A DNA stretch of 35,744 bases from Octopus sinensis (lineage: Eukaryota): assembly GCF_006345805.1 (NCBI RefSeq), contig NW_021826266.1, positions 1 to 35,744 on the forward strand, in the 5' to 3' direction. Below the pieces are notes generated by a model, which saw only the letters and a program-made list of their open reading frames with translations, was not told the DNA's origin and made no database searches. The translations under genes and the position numbers were made by a program. This document shows, piece by piece, positions 12,184-22,671 of this stretch (positions are counted from its first letter, which is position 1; the number at the start of each line of letters is the position of its first letter).

Positions 12184-12270
12184 CGTGATTCCGGGTTCAA
12201 TACCAGTCTGTGGTCCCTTGAGCAGGTGTCCCCTACAACAGCCTCGGGATGACTAACGTCTTGTGCGTGT
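12184..12270 (+). mobile_element. SINE family A head fragment
   Basis: ccgggttcaatacc..ccttgagcaggtgtcccctacaacagcctcggg. Confidence 0.6.
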
Positions 12271-12499
12271 ATGTATATAAACATATATACACACACATCG
12301 TGTCAGTAAATATGTATACAATTATGTACTTTGAGTACAGAATTAGAACATGTTAGCTATTATTTCTAGCACTATAGGTGTTTCTAATACCCTAGTCACG
12401 TATAATGATAATTATAGATTTAGCTTTTGGTAAAACATAGCACACTGCTCTCTATATTCATTCTCTCTTTCTCTCCCCCCTCTCTCTCTCTCTCTCTCC

Positions 12500-12530
<31 letters not shown>

Positions 12531-12599
12531 CATAGAGAGAGAGAGAGAGAGAGAGTGATAGATAGATGTGTATGTACGTTTACTTGGATATGTGTCTTT

Positions 12600-12788
12600 G
12601 TGTTTGTGTGTTTTCCCCCCACCACCGCTTGACAACCGGTGTTGGTGTGTTTACGTCCCCGTAACTTTGCTGTTCGGCAAAACAAACCGATCAAATAAGT
12701 GCCAGGCTGTAAAAAGAGGACATTATTTGAAAAATGGTGCACCAGCATGGCCGCAATCTTTTGACTGAATCACGTAAAAGATAAAGGG
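12600..12788 (+). mobile_element. SINE family A 3' half
   Basis: ccaccgcttgacaaccggtgttggtgtgtttacgtccccgtaac..ccagcatggccgca..gtaaaagataaaag. Confidence 0.8.
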
Positions 12789-12789
12789 G

Positions 12790-12843
<54 letters not shown>

Positions 12844-12873
12844 CAAGTAAATAGATGTACATACATACATACA

Positions 12874-12905
<32 letters not shown>

Positions 12906-13123
12906 CATACATATATACGTACGTATATACATATTTACATACTTGAGTACATGTATGATAACTGAGCTGAGACAGTCAATCGCGGCGCATGAACGTTGCA
13001 GCATTCGATATCTTTGTGCCGCACCCCAAGCATGTCTTCAACCAAATGTCTTGGGTTAACAAATATGTTGTAAGTAGAACTTGTCAGAGTAAAATTTGTG
13101 CAGAAATACATCACCTACCTACC

Positions 13124-13325
13124 TTGTGACCCCCTTCGGTCATGAATGACCATGGGATTGCACCTAGAAAGTTACCCTCCAAGGCACATGTCTGGGAAAG
13201 GTTGTTTATGGAAGACCAGCAGTCGCCCATGCATACTGGCCTCCCCTCTCCACGCCACCGATGTTATCCAAGGAAGAGGCCAAGGCCGATACATCTTGGC
13301 ACCAGTGACGTCGCAGCTCATTTAT
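13124..13325 (-). mobile_element. Interspersed repeat, probable SINE 3' portion (family D)
   Basis: gacccccttcggtcatgaatgaccatgggattgcacctag..cttggcaccagtgacgtcgc; recalled as a common octopus repeat, single copy here. Confidence 0.5.
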
Positions 13326-13327
13326 AA

Positions 13328-13471
13328 ATGTGCAAGTGGCTGAGCAATCCACAGACACGTGCACCCCTAACATAGATCTCGGGGAGATTCAGCATGACAC
13401 AGAGTGTGACTAGGCTGTGTGACAGGTACAACAGAAACAGGAAGAAAGAGTGAGAGAAAGTTGTGGTGAAA
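13328..13471 (-). mobile_element. SINE family C, headless, tail type 2
   Basis: Shares gaaagagtgagagaaagttgtgg with 10056-10360 and 17777-18078, but has a different tail (ctgtttctgttgtacctg..gtggattgctcagcc). Confidence 0.75.
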
Positions 13472-13497
13472 CCTACCTACATACATACAGACATACA

Positions 13498-13721
13498 TAC
13501 GAGGTGGGTACTGAAAATTCCTTGCTTTAAAGGTATCGCGAAGGCCTGGTTTGGGGCTCAAACTTCTGCGGTTTTTTACAGGGTTTAGAAAAACTGAAGG
13601 ACCACTGCAATAACTGTGTGAATCTGAAAGGGGAATATGTTTAATAAAGTCATAATTGACTGATCCTCCTGTATTTTCTTTTACCCTAAGCCAGGAACTT
13701 TTCAGCACACCGCCCTACATA
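13498..13721 (+). mobile_element. Mariner (Tc1/mariner)-derived MITE
   Basis: TA ends; imperfect TIRs cgaggtgggtactgaaaattccttgcttt / aagccaggaacttttcagcacaccgccctaca; interior encodes FLQGLEKLKDHCNNCVNLKGEYV*, like the mariner transposase C-terminus (GIxKLxxRWxKCxxxxGxYVE). Confidence 0.85.
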
Positions 13722-13842
13722 CAAACATAGCTGGCCATCTACCTTTCTAACCACCTATTTACCTACCCACCTACCTACTTACCAAGGTGCCTAACTGCAT
13801 ACTTAACTGTCTCTATCTCTATCTATCTACCTATCTATCTAT

Positions 13843-14282
13843 CTGAACACTTTCCTCTCTGATCAATCTCTCATCAACTTCTTCGAGTATCACTTAAAAA
13901 GGAAAGTGAGAGAAGAGAGGCAAGTTTTGTCTAGCGAATGTTTCAAAAAAAGATGGGTGAATGTAGGAAGGATAGCACGTATGAATGACGAAGCCACCTT
14001 GAGCATAATCCTATGAACCCGGAAAAATTTAAAACAGAGGGTTACCTACATGCAAACAAATGTGGTAACCGAGGTTAAGGTGGTCTTTTCCGTAGGCTTT
14101 TCTTTCCACGGATAAACTTTATCTGTTTCCCCTTTTACACTTTACATCATGACATCTCTGTGATACACGATCCCTATCGATCGTTTTTTTCTTTTTCTTT
14201 TTTTTCTTCCCAAAAAGAAAAGCTCTACTATGTAATTTGTCCCCTCTGTGTTCAGCCCTGGGTGGCTAATAAAGAAACATAT
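13843..14282 (+). mobile_element. 5'-truncated non-LTR retrotransposon, Tx1/L1-like ORF2 C-terminus plus 3' UTR
   Basis: Stop-free frame 13843-14016 LNTFLSDQSLINFFEYHLKRKVREERQVLSSECFKKRWVNVGRIARMNDEATLSIIL*, with an F..RW motif as in Tx1-clade ORF2 ends; AATAAA at 14268-14273; tail shared with 8521-8606. Clade assignment is by recall. Confidence 0.65.
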
Positions 14283-14919
14283 TTGTCAATCCTTCTATTT
14301 ACTTCCTACCAACCAACTTACCAACCTACCTACCTACCTACCTACCTACCTACCTACCTATCGGTTTACCTATCTACCTATCAACCTACCTACATACCTT
14401 GATACTTATCTATTTATCTAGCTAGTATACATACATACATGCATACATACATTTACAACCATGGTTAAGCATATATGTGAGTGTGCGTGTGAGAGAGAGT
14501 GTGTATGTTTGTAATTACATTTTTTTGCTTATTTAAAAAAAGCGGTGTTCTATATATATGTTATGTACTTTTATATCTCGTAACTTAGCGCTTGGACAAG
14601 TAGCGTTTGCTCAAGTAAAGTAGTAGCAATAAATAAATTCTACTAATCTTTTGAAGAATCGTGTACAATGACAGAACGTACTAAATAAATAAAAGAACAT
14701 ATGTATATGTATACAATCATATGTGTATGTATTTTAGTATACACACACGCACACATATACACACACACACACTCATACACATGCACTATTCTATTTTACT
14801 TTTTTTCCTTCAGTTAATCTGCATTCATTGATCGATCTTCTCATTGTCCCTTTTGCCGCATATTCACAAATAAAAATCATTTATTTGCAAAGGTTTGAAT
14901 GTTACATTTTCTTATTCAC

Positions 14920-14967
14920 CACAGCCACTTCTAAGTTAATGGTCTTGCGACTTTTCTCAAAAGAAAT
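14920..14967 (-). CDS. Candidate 48-nt internal exon (ISFEKSRKTINLEVAV), product unknown
   Basis: Acceptor cttattttgttttcag|, donor GTG|gtgaat; only the phase-0 frame is open. No homology recognised. Confidence 0.25.
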
Positions 14968-15366
14968 CTGAAAACAAAATAAGCTGTATTGTGATTCGTG
15001 ATTGAAAGCCGGAATCAGAAATCTAATCTAGTGCAAAATGTCAATGGCTAAATTTCGAAAAATTCTGTAAGCTACTTTGTCCAGGGAAGACAAGAGCACC
15101 GACGTTTCCAGCGAAACTCTTTTACTTTACTGACGAGCCGTTTGCCTTGAAACGTATGTATTTTTGACTTCCAGGGAAGCTTGCTAAATTTTATAAAATA
15201 TCTCGGGGTTTAAAATAATGGAGAAATAATATTAACTCCAGAGTGAACCTTGATAGAGAAAGAAAGGCATTTGTTATTATTGTGGAAGCAGTAGTTGTTT
15301 AACTCTGGCACCGTCCTCAACATGCGCCATTTCAAACATAAACTACCCATCTCTTTCTCTCTCTTT

Positions 15367-15737
15367 GCAGGGGTTGCTGTGTAGGCAAGAAGCTCGCATC
15401 CCTACCATGTGATCTTCGGTTCAATCTTACACCTTGAGCAAGTGTCTTCTAATATATCCTCAAACCGACCAAAGCCTTGTGAGTGGATTTGATAAGCAAA
15501 AACTGAGAGAAGCCCGATATGTGCGTGTATGTACGTGTGTGTGTGAGAGATGCTTGACAGCCGGTGTTGGTTTGTTTACGTCTCTGTAATATATTGTGGT
15601 TTCGCAAGAGAGTCCGATGGAATAAGTACCAGACTTTAAAAATAAGTACCTAGGTCGATTTGTTCGACGAAACCTTTCAAAGCGGTGTCCCAGCATGGCT
15701 GCATTCCAATGACTGAAACATACAAGAGATAAAAGAT
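15367..15737 (+). mobile_element. SINE family A, full-length, diverged
   Basis: Head, ccttgagcaagtgtcttc, short internal TG tract, tail ccagcatggctgca..tgactgaaaca. Confidence 0.85.
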
Positions 15738-16597
15738 GAAATGTCATTATTCTGTACCTGTTCTATATTATCCAAAGTATCATTTCCTATTCCTTGGCTG
15801 TAAGACGTGATTTGAAGACGACTTTGCTGTTATATCTAGCCGATTAGGTGACTAAGTGATTCTTTCTCGTTTTCATTATTTGCGGTGAAATAATTAATAT
15901 TTGTGACAGACAACTACACCAGAGAAGGAATAGTTCTGCTGAAGATTTTAACTTTACATGTATTATATGCTATACAGAAAACTAACATACCTAAATTTCC
16001 AATACGAGAGCTTATGTGCAGATACTCGACCGGCTGGAAATAACACGCAAATTCTTTTCAAATTACCGGAGCAATTCTTCCTCTTTTTTAAGGAAAAAAA
16101 AACGGTTAGGGGACGTTGGATAATGTAATCCAGCGTGCAGAAAACATATAGGATTGTAATTACTGGAACGCCGTAACCATCCAGGATGTTAGATTTGCCA
16201 GATCAGACCCAGGTTCAGTTGAACTTTTGCTGATATGTTTCTCGGTTTAGCACCAGCACTTGGTCCTCCTTGAGTGCCTTTATCGGAGTTCAGTCTGTTT
16301 CGAACATTCGAGTCAATCACCGTTCTAAGGATAATTTTTTCCCATCAGGTTCGGGGGATTTGGAAAGAATCGAAACCGCTGCCGTTCTTCCTGTCTCTAA
16401 GCTATTTAACTCCATCTCCAAGACAATAAGAATCCCAACAAGACCCTCAGTGCTTTTGTTTTAACTGTATTGTTTATTGCCGGCACAGCACATCACCACC
16501 GCCATCAGCCTTTGTTGTTTACCAGGTATTTCTTAAATAACACAAGTGCCATTTAAGCATTTAAGAGACCAATTAGACGTTTTTTTAAATAGTCACA

Positions 16598-16780
16598 AGG
16601 CCTCGAATTTGGAGTGAAGCACAATGGGTTTCTCTTGAGCACCCCACCCATAACACTTCATTGGTACTTCATTTTATCAACTCTGGACGGGAAAATACAA
16701 AACTGATCTCAGAACGGTAAAGACCCTCAGTTAATACCACAAGGCAATTTTCCGATGTAAAACGTTTCTGCCAATTACTT
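16598..16780 (-). mobile_element. SINE family B, very degenerate
   Basis: ggcctcgaatttgg..ttggtacttcattttatcaac..tctcagaacggtaaagac. Confidence 0.5.
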
Positions 16781-16944
16781 GGTGATTTGGTTGGTGATCT
16801 CAACCAATTAGTTGCCCAAATTCAAAGTAATTGTATTGAAGGAACAGCATTATCAGTATTATCAAACTGGAATCAAATCTATTTCTGCTATCATTCGAAT
16901 TTAAGTTCTCGATGCAAGAAAAAAGCAAAACAATCAAACTACAT

Positions 16945-17162
16945 ATCGGCTTCAAATTTTGGCATTAGGTTAGTAATTTGGGGGAAGGGAATAAGTCGAT
17001 GAAATTGACCCCCAGTACGCAACTGGTACTTATTTTATCGACCCCTGAAGGGAGGAAAGGCAAATTCGACCTTGGCAGAATTTGAACTCAGAACGTAACG
17101 ACGGACGAAATACTGCTGAGCTTTTCTTTCGGCGTACTTAACGATTCTGACAGATCGCCGCC
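16945..17162 (-). mobile_element. SINE family B
   Basis: Antisense ggcggcgatctgtcagaatcgttaagtacgccg..ttctgagttcaaattctgccaaggtcgaatttgcctttcc. Confidence 0.85.
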
Positions 17163-17329
17163 TTAAACAAGCTAAATACCGCTGCCTTATAACAGAGATA
17201 TGCATTGTCGTGAAGAGAAGTATTCGACTGAATAAACTCCCTATTTACATTTGATATTTTACTCGCCGAAAGAGTCAATGAAGGCCTCTCTACGTGGTAA
17301 GTTGGCCTATCTGAAATAACAGATAAATC

Positions 17330-17640
17330 TATTTCTGCTGTCTCAAAAAAAGAACAAGGAACATAAAAAAATATTCCGCAACGTAAGTCGTGTAAACTCA
17401 ATGCTGGTTCCTATCCATAGCAAGATCAACAGCTTCATTAAATCTGGTTATGCCCAAATTAACTGATGAAGTGTGTACATTTCAAATCTCCTCCAACACA
17501 ATGTAGATGTCTTGTTTGGTGTTGGCAATGCAAAAGATTTCTAGATGTACAAAAATCTGCATCGTATCTAATACATTGTTTTTCTTAATCAGAGTTTTCT
17601 TTGGTCAATGTTAAACTGAGGCTAAATCGCACCAACAAAA
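17330..17640 (-). pseudogene. Possible RTE-clade LINE ORF2 C-terminal relic
   Basis: Minus frame NLGITRFNEAVDLAMDRNQH resembles RTE ORF2 ends (..EAxxLAxDRxxWR); surrounded by stops. Confidence 0.3.
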
Positions 17641-17776
17641 TTAATTAGGACTTACTTGATCGATCTTAGGATGAATGAAAGTGACTGCTGACATTGACGG
17701 GATTCGAATTCAAAATATCAAGAGATAAGACTAAAAGTTACTAGGAATTTTGTTCTAAGACTCAACTCAACAAAAT

Positions 17777-18078
17777 GGTTGTTGTTTGTTCTTTCTCGAG
17801 TCACGCCTGGTTCATTAGGACCGGTTTCCTTGGCGTATAGGCTACCCCACCTGGACAGGACGCCAGTCCGTTGCAGGTGAGCTGCAAGATGCAAGAGGAA
17901 AGAGTGAGAGAAAGTTGTGGCAAAAGAGTCAGCAGAAGTTCGCCATTACCTTCTGCCGGAGCCGCGTGGAACTTAGGTGTTTCGCTCATAAACACACACA
18001 TCGCCCGGTCTGAGATTCGAACCCGCGATCCCTCGACCGCGAGTCCGCTGCTCTACCTACTAGGTGATGTGCATCCAC
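17777..18078 (-). mobile_element. SINE family C, tail type 3
   Basis: Head gtggatgcacatcacctagtaggtagagcagcggactcgcgg..gggttcgaatctcagacc; shared body; tail cctgcaacggactggcgtcctgtccagg (V-domain-like). Confidence 0.85.
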
Positions 18079-18084
18079 AAACTA

Positions 18085-18208
18085 AATGGTAATTGTCATA
18101 AATAATCTATATACTTTAAATATTAATCAAATGAATTAATCTAGTCTGAATGTTAATTATCATAAATTATCCAGTTTAAATATTAATTATCATATATTAT
18201 CTAGTCAC
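18085..18208. repeat. AT-rich ~30-bp minisatellite, 4 degenerate units
   Basis: Units start at 18085, 18119, 18149 and 18179; the last two match at 24/30 positions. Confidence 0.75.
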
Positions 18209-18577
18209 CTGCGATGTCTTCCGAACTTGCAATAATATCCTGTTTTCCACTCATATATAAATTTAGCTTCACGGGTATATTACAGAAGAATTAACTTTAC
18301 CGATTCAGCATTTGATGTTGTCATAGCTTCCTAAACTTTCTGTTAAATCCAATTGCGTAAATGGGCAAATTGTATTTGCCTTCGAAACAATTATATAATA
18401 GGTTATTTCAGTAAGTTCAACTTCATTGAGGAATGTTCTGGGTGCGCCATATGAGCGCAGCGCACCCTCACAGCGATATGAACTTTTTAATTAAATACCA
18501 GTTCTGTTTTAGTAGTATTGTGATAGTATCTGAACATATTTTGTTTCTAAGTTAATAATACACTGCAAAGCCTAGAA

Positions 18578-19018
18578 GGAACTTTTCGGTTTGAACGGCA
18601 GTTTTTTCTAGCGGTGTCATATGAAATTGTCACCCATAATTATGACCCTAGTATCAATCTATTGCATTTCAATCTGTTTTAAGGTTAGGGTTGGTTAGGG
18701 TTAGGGTTTGGGTTAGGGGTGAGGGGAAGGGTATCTTTTTTTCTTCAGAAATGTAAATAAACCCAATCTGTTTCTTAAACGAGGGACATATTCATACGGC
18801 ACAGAATGTTTTCACCTCAATAGTCATCATTGATTGGTTGAAATTGCAGAAATTGAAGAAAAAAACAACAACAAATATCTTACAAACTATAGAATTTTCT
18901 CAATAAAGCCAATAGAAAAAGATGTTTTATAAACACATTCTACCAGTATACGAAGTTTAAAAGTGTTTAGTTACGTGGAAATTATTTAAAAAAACTGCCG
19001 CTCAAACCGAAAAGATCC
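18578..19018 (+). mobile_element. Merlin-like MITE, copy 3
   Basis: Same TIRs; 8-bp TSD GCCTAGAA (18570-18577, 19019-19026); G-rich telomere-like tract 18685-18731. Confidence 0.92.
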
Positions 19019-19105
19019 GCCTAGAACTAACTCATGTCCGTGTATTATTTTGTGTAAAAATAACCCAAGGTTCCTACTTTTAAATTAACATTTGTGCTAG
19101 AGGAA

Positions 19106-19332
19106 GATGGCGAGCTGGAAGAATCATTCGCTTGCTAGGCAAAATGCTTAGCAGTATTTCGTCCGTTTTTACGTTATAAGTTCAAATTCTGCCGGGGTAG
19201 ACTCTGCCTTTCATCCTTTCGAGGTCGATAAAATAAGTACCAGTTGAGTAATGGAGGAGCGGGGGTCGATTTAATCGACTTAGCCCCCTCCCTCCAAACT
19301 GCTGGCCTTGTGCTAAAATTTGAAACCAATAT
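19106..19332 (+). mobile_element. SINE family B
   Basis: gatggcgagctggaagaatc..gcctttcatcctttcgaggtcgataaaataagtaccag..ggccttgtgctaaaatttgaaacc. Confidence 0.88.
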
Positions 19333-19474
19333 ATGTACCACAGTAGTAGATTCAGCATGGTAACACAACTTGTGACAATAAACAGTGAACAACACTAACA
19401 TCTAAGTTTTTGACCCTTGACATTTGTCTAAAAGCGACAAACAAGGAGACATTTACTTGCTCTCACTAGCCTTG

Positions 19475-19535
<61 letters not shown>

Positions 19536-19962
19536 ACATATATATATATTATATACAATTTACAATGTGTTTATTAGGGTGTTTATTATGGTAGTTTTGA
19601 CTTTAAGAGTCCCTCCTAGCATGAGGCATTTATGTATTGTAATGCCCTTAATATATATATATATATATATGTGTGTGTGTATGTGTGTATGTGTGTGTGT
19701 GTGTGTAGTGTATTATAACCATGTAGTCTAAAACAAAACTTCTAAATATGACTTAGCCAGAAGGTAGGATTGTCTTCCGCTCTTTGCTTGTTCATCTCTT
19801 GATTGGGTCTTAGAGGAAACTCTTTTGAAATATAGCTTGTTTTGTTCGTAGAAGCTTAGCAGTGACCATTCGTCTCCGAGTTCAACTTCAGCTAACTTCC
19901 TCGAGTGTGCAAAATTGTGAAGAAGAAAAGAAATTAATTCTAGCAGAGGGCTTTATATTTTA

Positions 19963-20345
19963 CTAGCAGTATCGCCCGGCGTTGCTCGGGTTTGTTTCGA
20001 CCCTTTAGAATTGGAATTTTTGAAAAGTAAAAATTTTGCATTATGCACCTTGTCATTCTCTTTAAGTGAGCATTTTTCTGGTTGAAACACACCGAAAAAT
20101 GGCAAAAAAAAATCGTAAAAAATAGGGATTTACATAGAAAAAAAGCACCTTTTTGATGTAAATAATCTTTGGTGTTATCATGGTCCGATTTGAATTTTTT
20201 CTTCTACAGAAGGCTGAGCAAGCCTTTTTCTATCATACTTTCAATTTTGGTCAACTTGCACCGCAGGGTCTCGGAGGGGATAGTGTTAGTTGAAGGCTAC
20301 CAAACTTGCTATACACAGACAACTTCAGCTTTATATATAGAGAGA
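19963..20345 (-). mobile_element. Non-autonomous Helitron
   Basis: Minus strand starts TCTCTCTATATATAAAG and ends with GC hairpin CCCGAGCAACGCCGGG (19975-19990), an 8-nt spacer, then CTAG followed by T: canonical Helitron termini. The 5' flank reads AT|TC rather than strict A|TC. Confidence 0.8.
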
Positions 20346-20647
20346 ATAATGAATAGAGAGACTCCTCTCTCTAAAAGTGAAGGAACGCAAAGTTAAGCTC
20401 GGTGCACAGCCGGACTAAGACTCAAGCACTCAAAAGACTTTGGTACCCTCCTTATATATCTAATTCAAAATATAAGCAATAATTAACCACAAAATAAACT
20501 TTTATTGTTCAAAATAAAACAAAAGTAACAGTAAGATAGAAAATAATTTTTATCTTTGTATACTTCCACTTTATTTATATTTGAATAGTTTTCTCCAACT
20601 CGTTTTTAATTGACACTGTGAACACTTCGAAATTATTTTTTGGGTCA

Positions 20648-21049
20648 TACTCTTTACTCTTTACTCTTTTACTTGTTTCAGTCGTATAACTATGGCCATG
20701 CTGGAGTACCGCCTTTAGTCGAGCAAATCGACACCAGGACTTATTCTTTGTAAGCCTAGTACTTATTCTATCGGTCTCTTTTGCCAAAACGCTAAGTTAC
20801 GGGTACGTAAACACACTAGCATCGGTTGTCAAGCGATGTTGGAGGGACAAACACAGACACACAAACACACACACACACATACATATACATATATACGATG
20901 GGCTTCTTTCAGTTTCCGTCTACGAAATCCACTCACAAGGCTTTGGTCGGCCCGAGGCTATAGTAGAAGACACTTGCCCAAGGTGCCACGCAGTGGGACT
21001 GAACCCGAAATCATGTGATTGGTAAGCAAGCTTCTTACCCCACAGCCAT
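20648..21049 (-). mobile_element. SINE family A, full-length
   Basis: Close antisense match to 2281-2725. Confidence 0.92.
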
Positions 21050-22232
21050 ATTATTTCAGCAAGTTTAGAGTGATTTGATTTTCCATTTGTGCCGTAAACC
21101 ATCAACCATATCTGTGGTGCCCCCAATCCCTTGATGTCCAAAACAAATGCTTATTTTGCTTAATTGTTAATCAGGCGCTGGCTCGGTGGGATTTGAACAT
21201 TTTCCTCCCACCACGACACCCCTAACGACTCCAGCAGTTTTCTTTAGTAATGTAACTTACAACATTTAGTTACTGTTTATCCAGAAAGTGAGTCAGGTCT
21301 AGCTGAAAATGACGGCATATTTGGTAATTGGCCAGGATATCACATGCTTGGGTGTATCACGTCTTGTGTTAGATATCTTTCAAGAGACTACAGGAAAACG
21401 TTAAATTCTAATAAACACTGATAAACACTTCTTTCCTACTTTTGAAGCTTTTACACATGCAAAAATGTAAAATGAATGAAAGTAAGAAGGAAAGATAGAA
21501 AGAAAGACAATATGCCCGTAGTAGTTGCTTTCTAAGCCCAGCTCGTACCTTATCGGACTGTCATGATGAAAAACGTTACGATTGTGACAGTCTTATCTGC
21601 ATAATTTTGGGTCTACGTTCTCCAATGTAACCTTCTTTATTTAAGACATTATGTATGATTTCAAAAATATTTAGCTATTATTTCATGCAGGTCTTAAGAA
21701 CATGAGAAAGTCTGCAGGTAGATGAGATGGCGGGGGACGACAGAACAAAAAACCCCTAAGATAGGTACAAAGGGGAACGATCAAGGGATTAAATCTAACC
21801 ACCCCACTTTTTTTTTTAAAAAACTTGTTCTTTATTTTAGGCATCTCAGATCCTAAAAGTGACGTCACAAGTTGATCGCGGCGAGAGTTGAACTAAGAAC
21901 GAATAGGGTTGTAACTAATTACCGCAAGGCAACTTTGTCCGTCACTTCGCCACTTCGGTTCATTCACTATCTCGTGATAGAAACGCCAGAATGTCAGTTC
22001 TGTGATTTTGTGTTCTGAGATCAAATCTAAGTATTGATCTCTCTCTCTCTCCCCCCTCTCTCACTCTCTCTCCTTCTTTCTCTGAACTCAAATATAAATA
22101 TAAATAAAAATTCAGTGCCAATAATATACTGTGTTGTTTTCATTAATGATAGCCCTTTTCTGTTAGTATGTTGCCATATGCTTAATATGAAACACATTGG
22201 TTCAATCCAGCCAGACACAGTGGCCAATTATC

Positions 22233-22671
22233 GGATCTTTTCGGTTTGAACGGCAGTTTTTTCTAGCGGTGTCATATGAAATTGTCACCCATAATTATGA
22301 CCCTAGAATCGATCTATTGCATTTCAATCTCTTTTAGGTTCAGGATTAGTTAGAGTTAGGGTTAGGGTTAGTGTTGGGGGAAGGGTATCTTTTTTTCTTC
22401 ACAAATGTAAATAAACCCAATCTGTTTCTTAAACGAGGGACATATTCATACGGCATAGAATGTTTTTTTTACCTCAATAGACAACATTGATTGGTTGAAA
22501 TTGCAGAAATTGAAGAAAAAAACAACAAATATCTTACAAACTATAAAATTTTCTCAATAAAGCCAAGAGAAAAAGATGTTTTATATACACAGTCTACCAG
22601 TATACGAAGTTTAAAATTTTTTGGTTACCTAGAAATTATGTTAAAAATTGCCGTTCAAACCGAAAAGATCC
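22233..22671 (+). mobile_element. Merlin-like MITE, copy 4
   Basis: Same TIRs; 8-bp TSD CAATTATC (22225-22232, 22672-22679); degenerate TTAGGG tract ~22334-22380. Confidence 0.92.

Noticed and set aside
15130-15175. CTGACGA..GAAAC..GTA, resembling a minimal hammerhead ribozyme core
   Set aside because: Stems I and II cannot pair beyond one base pair.
16090-16460. Unique-looking segment, possibly a LINE relic
   Set aside because: No convincing motif in any frame by manual translation.
17138-17401. 87-aa non-repetitive ORF with nearby splice-like signals on both strands (plus-strand CGTG|GTAAGT near 17297)
   Set aside because: No recognisable homology, the ORF runs into a SINE-B, and the plus-strand exon frames are closed.
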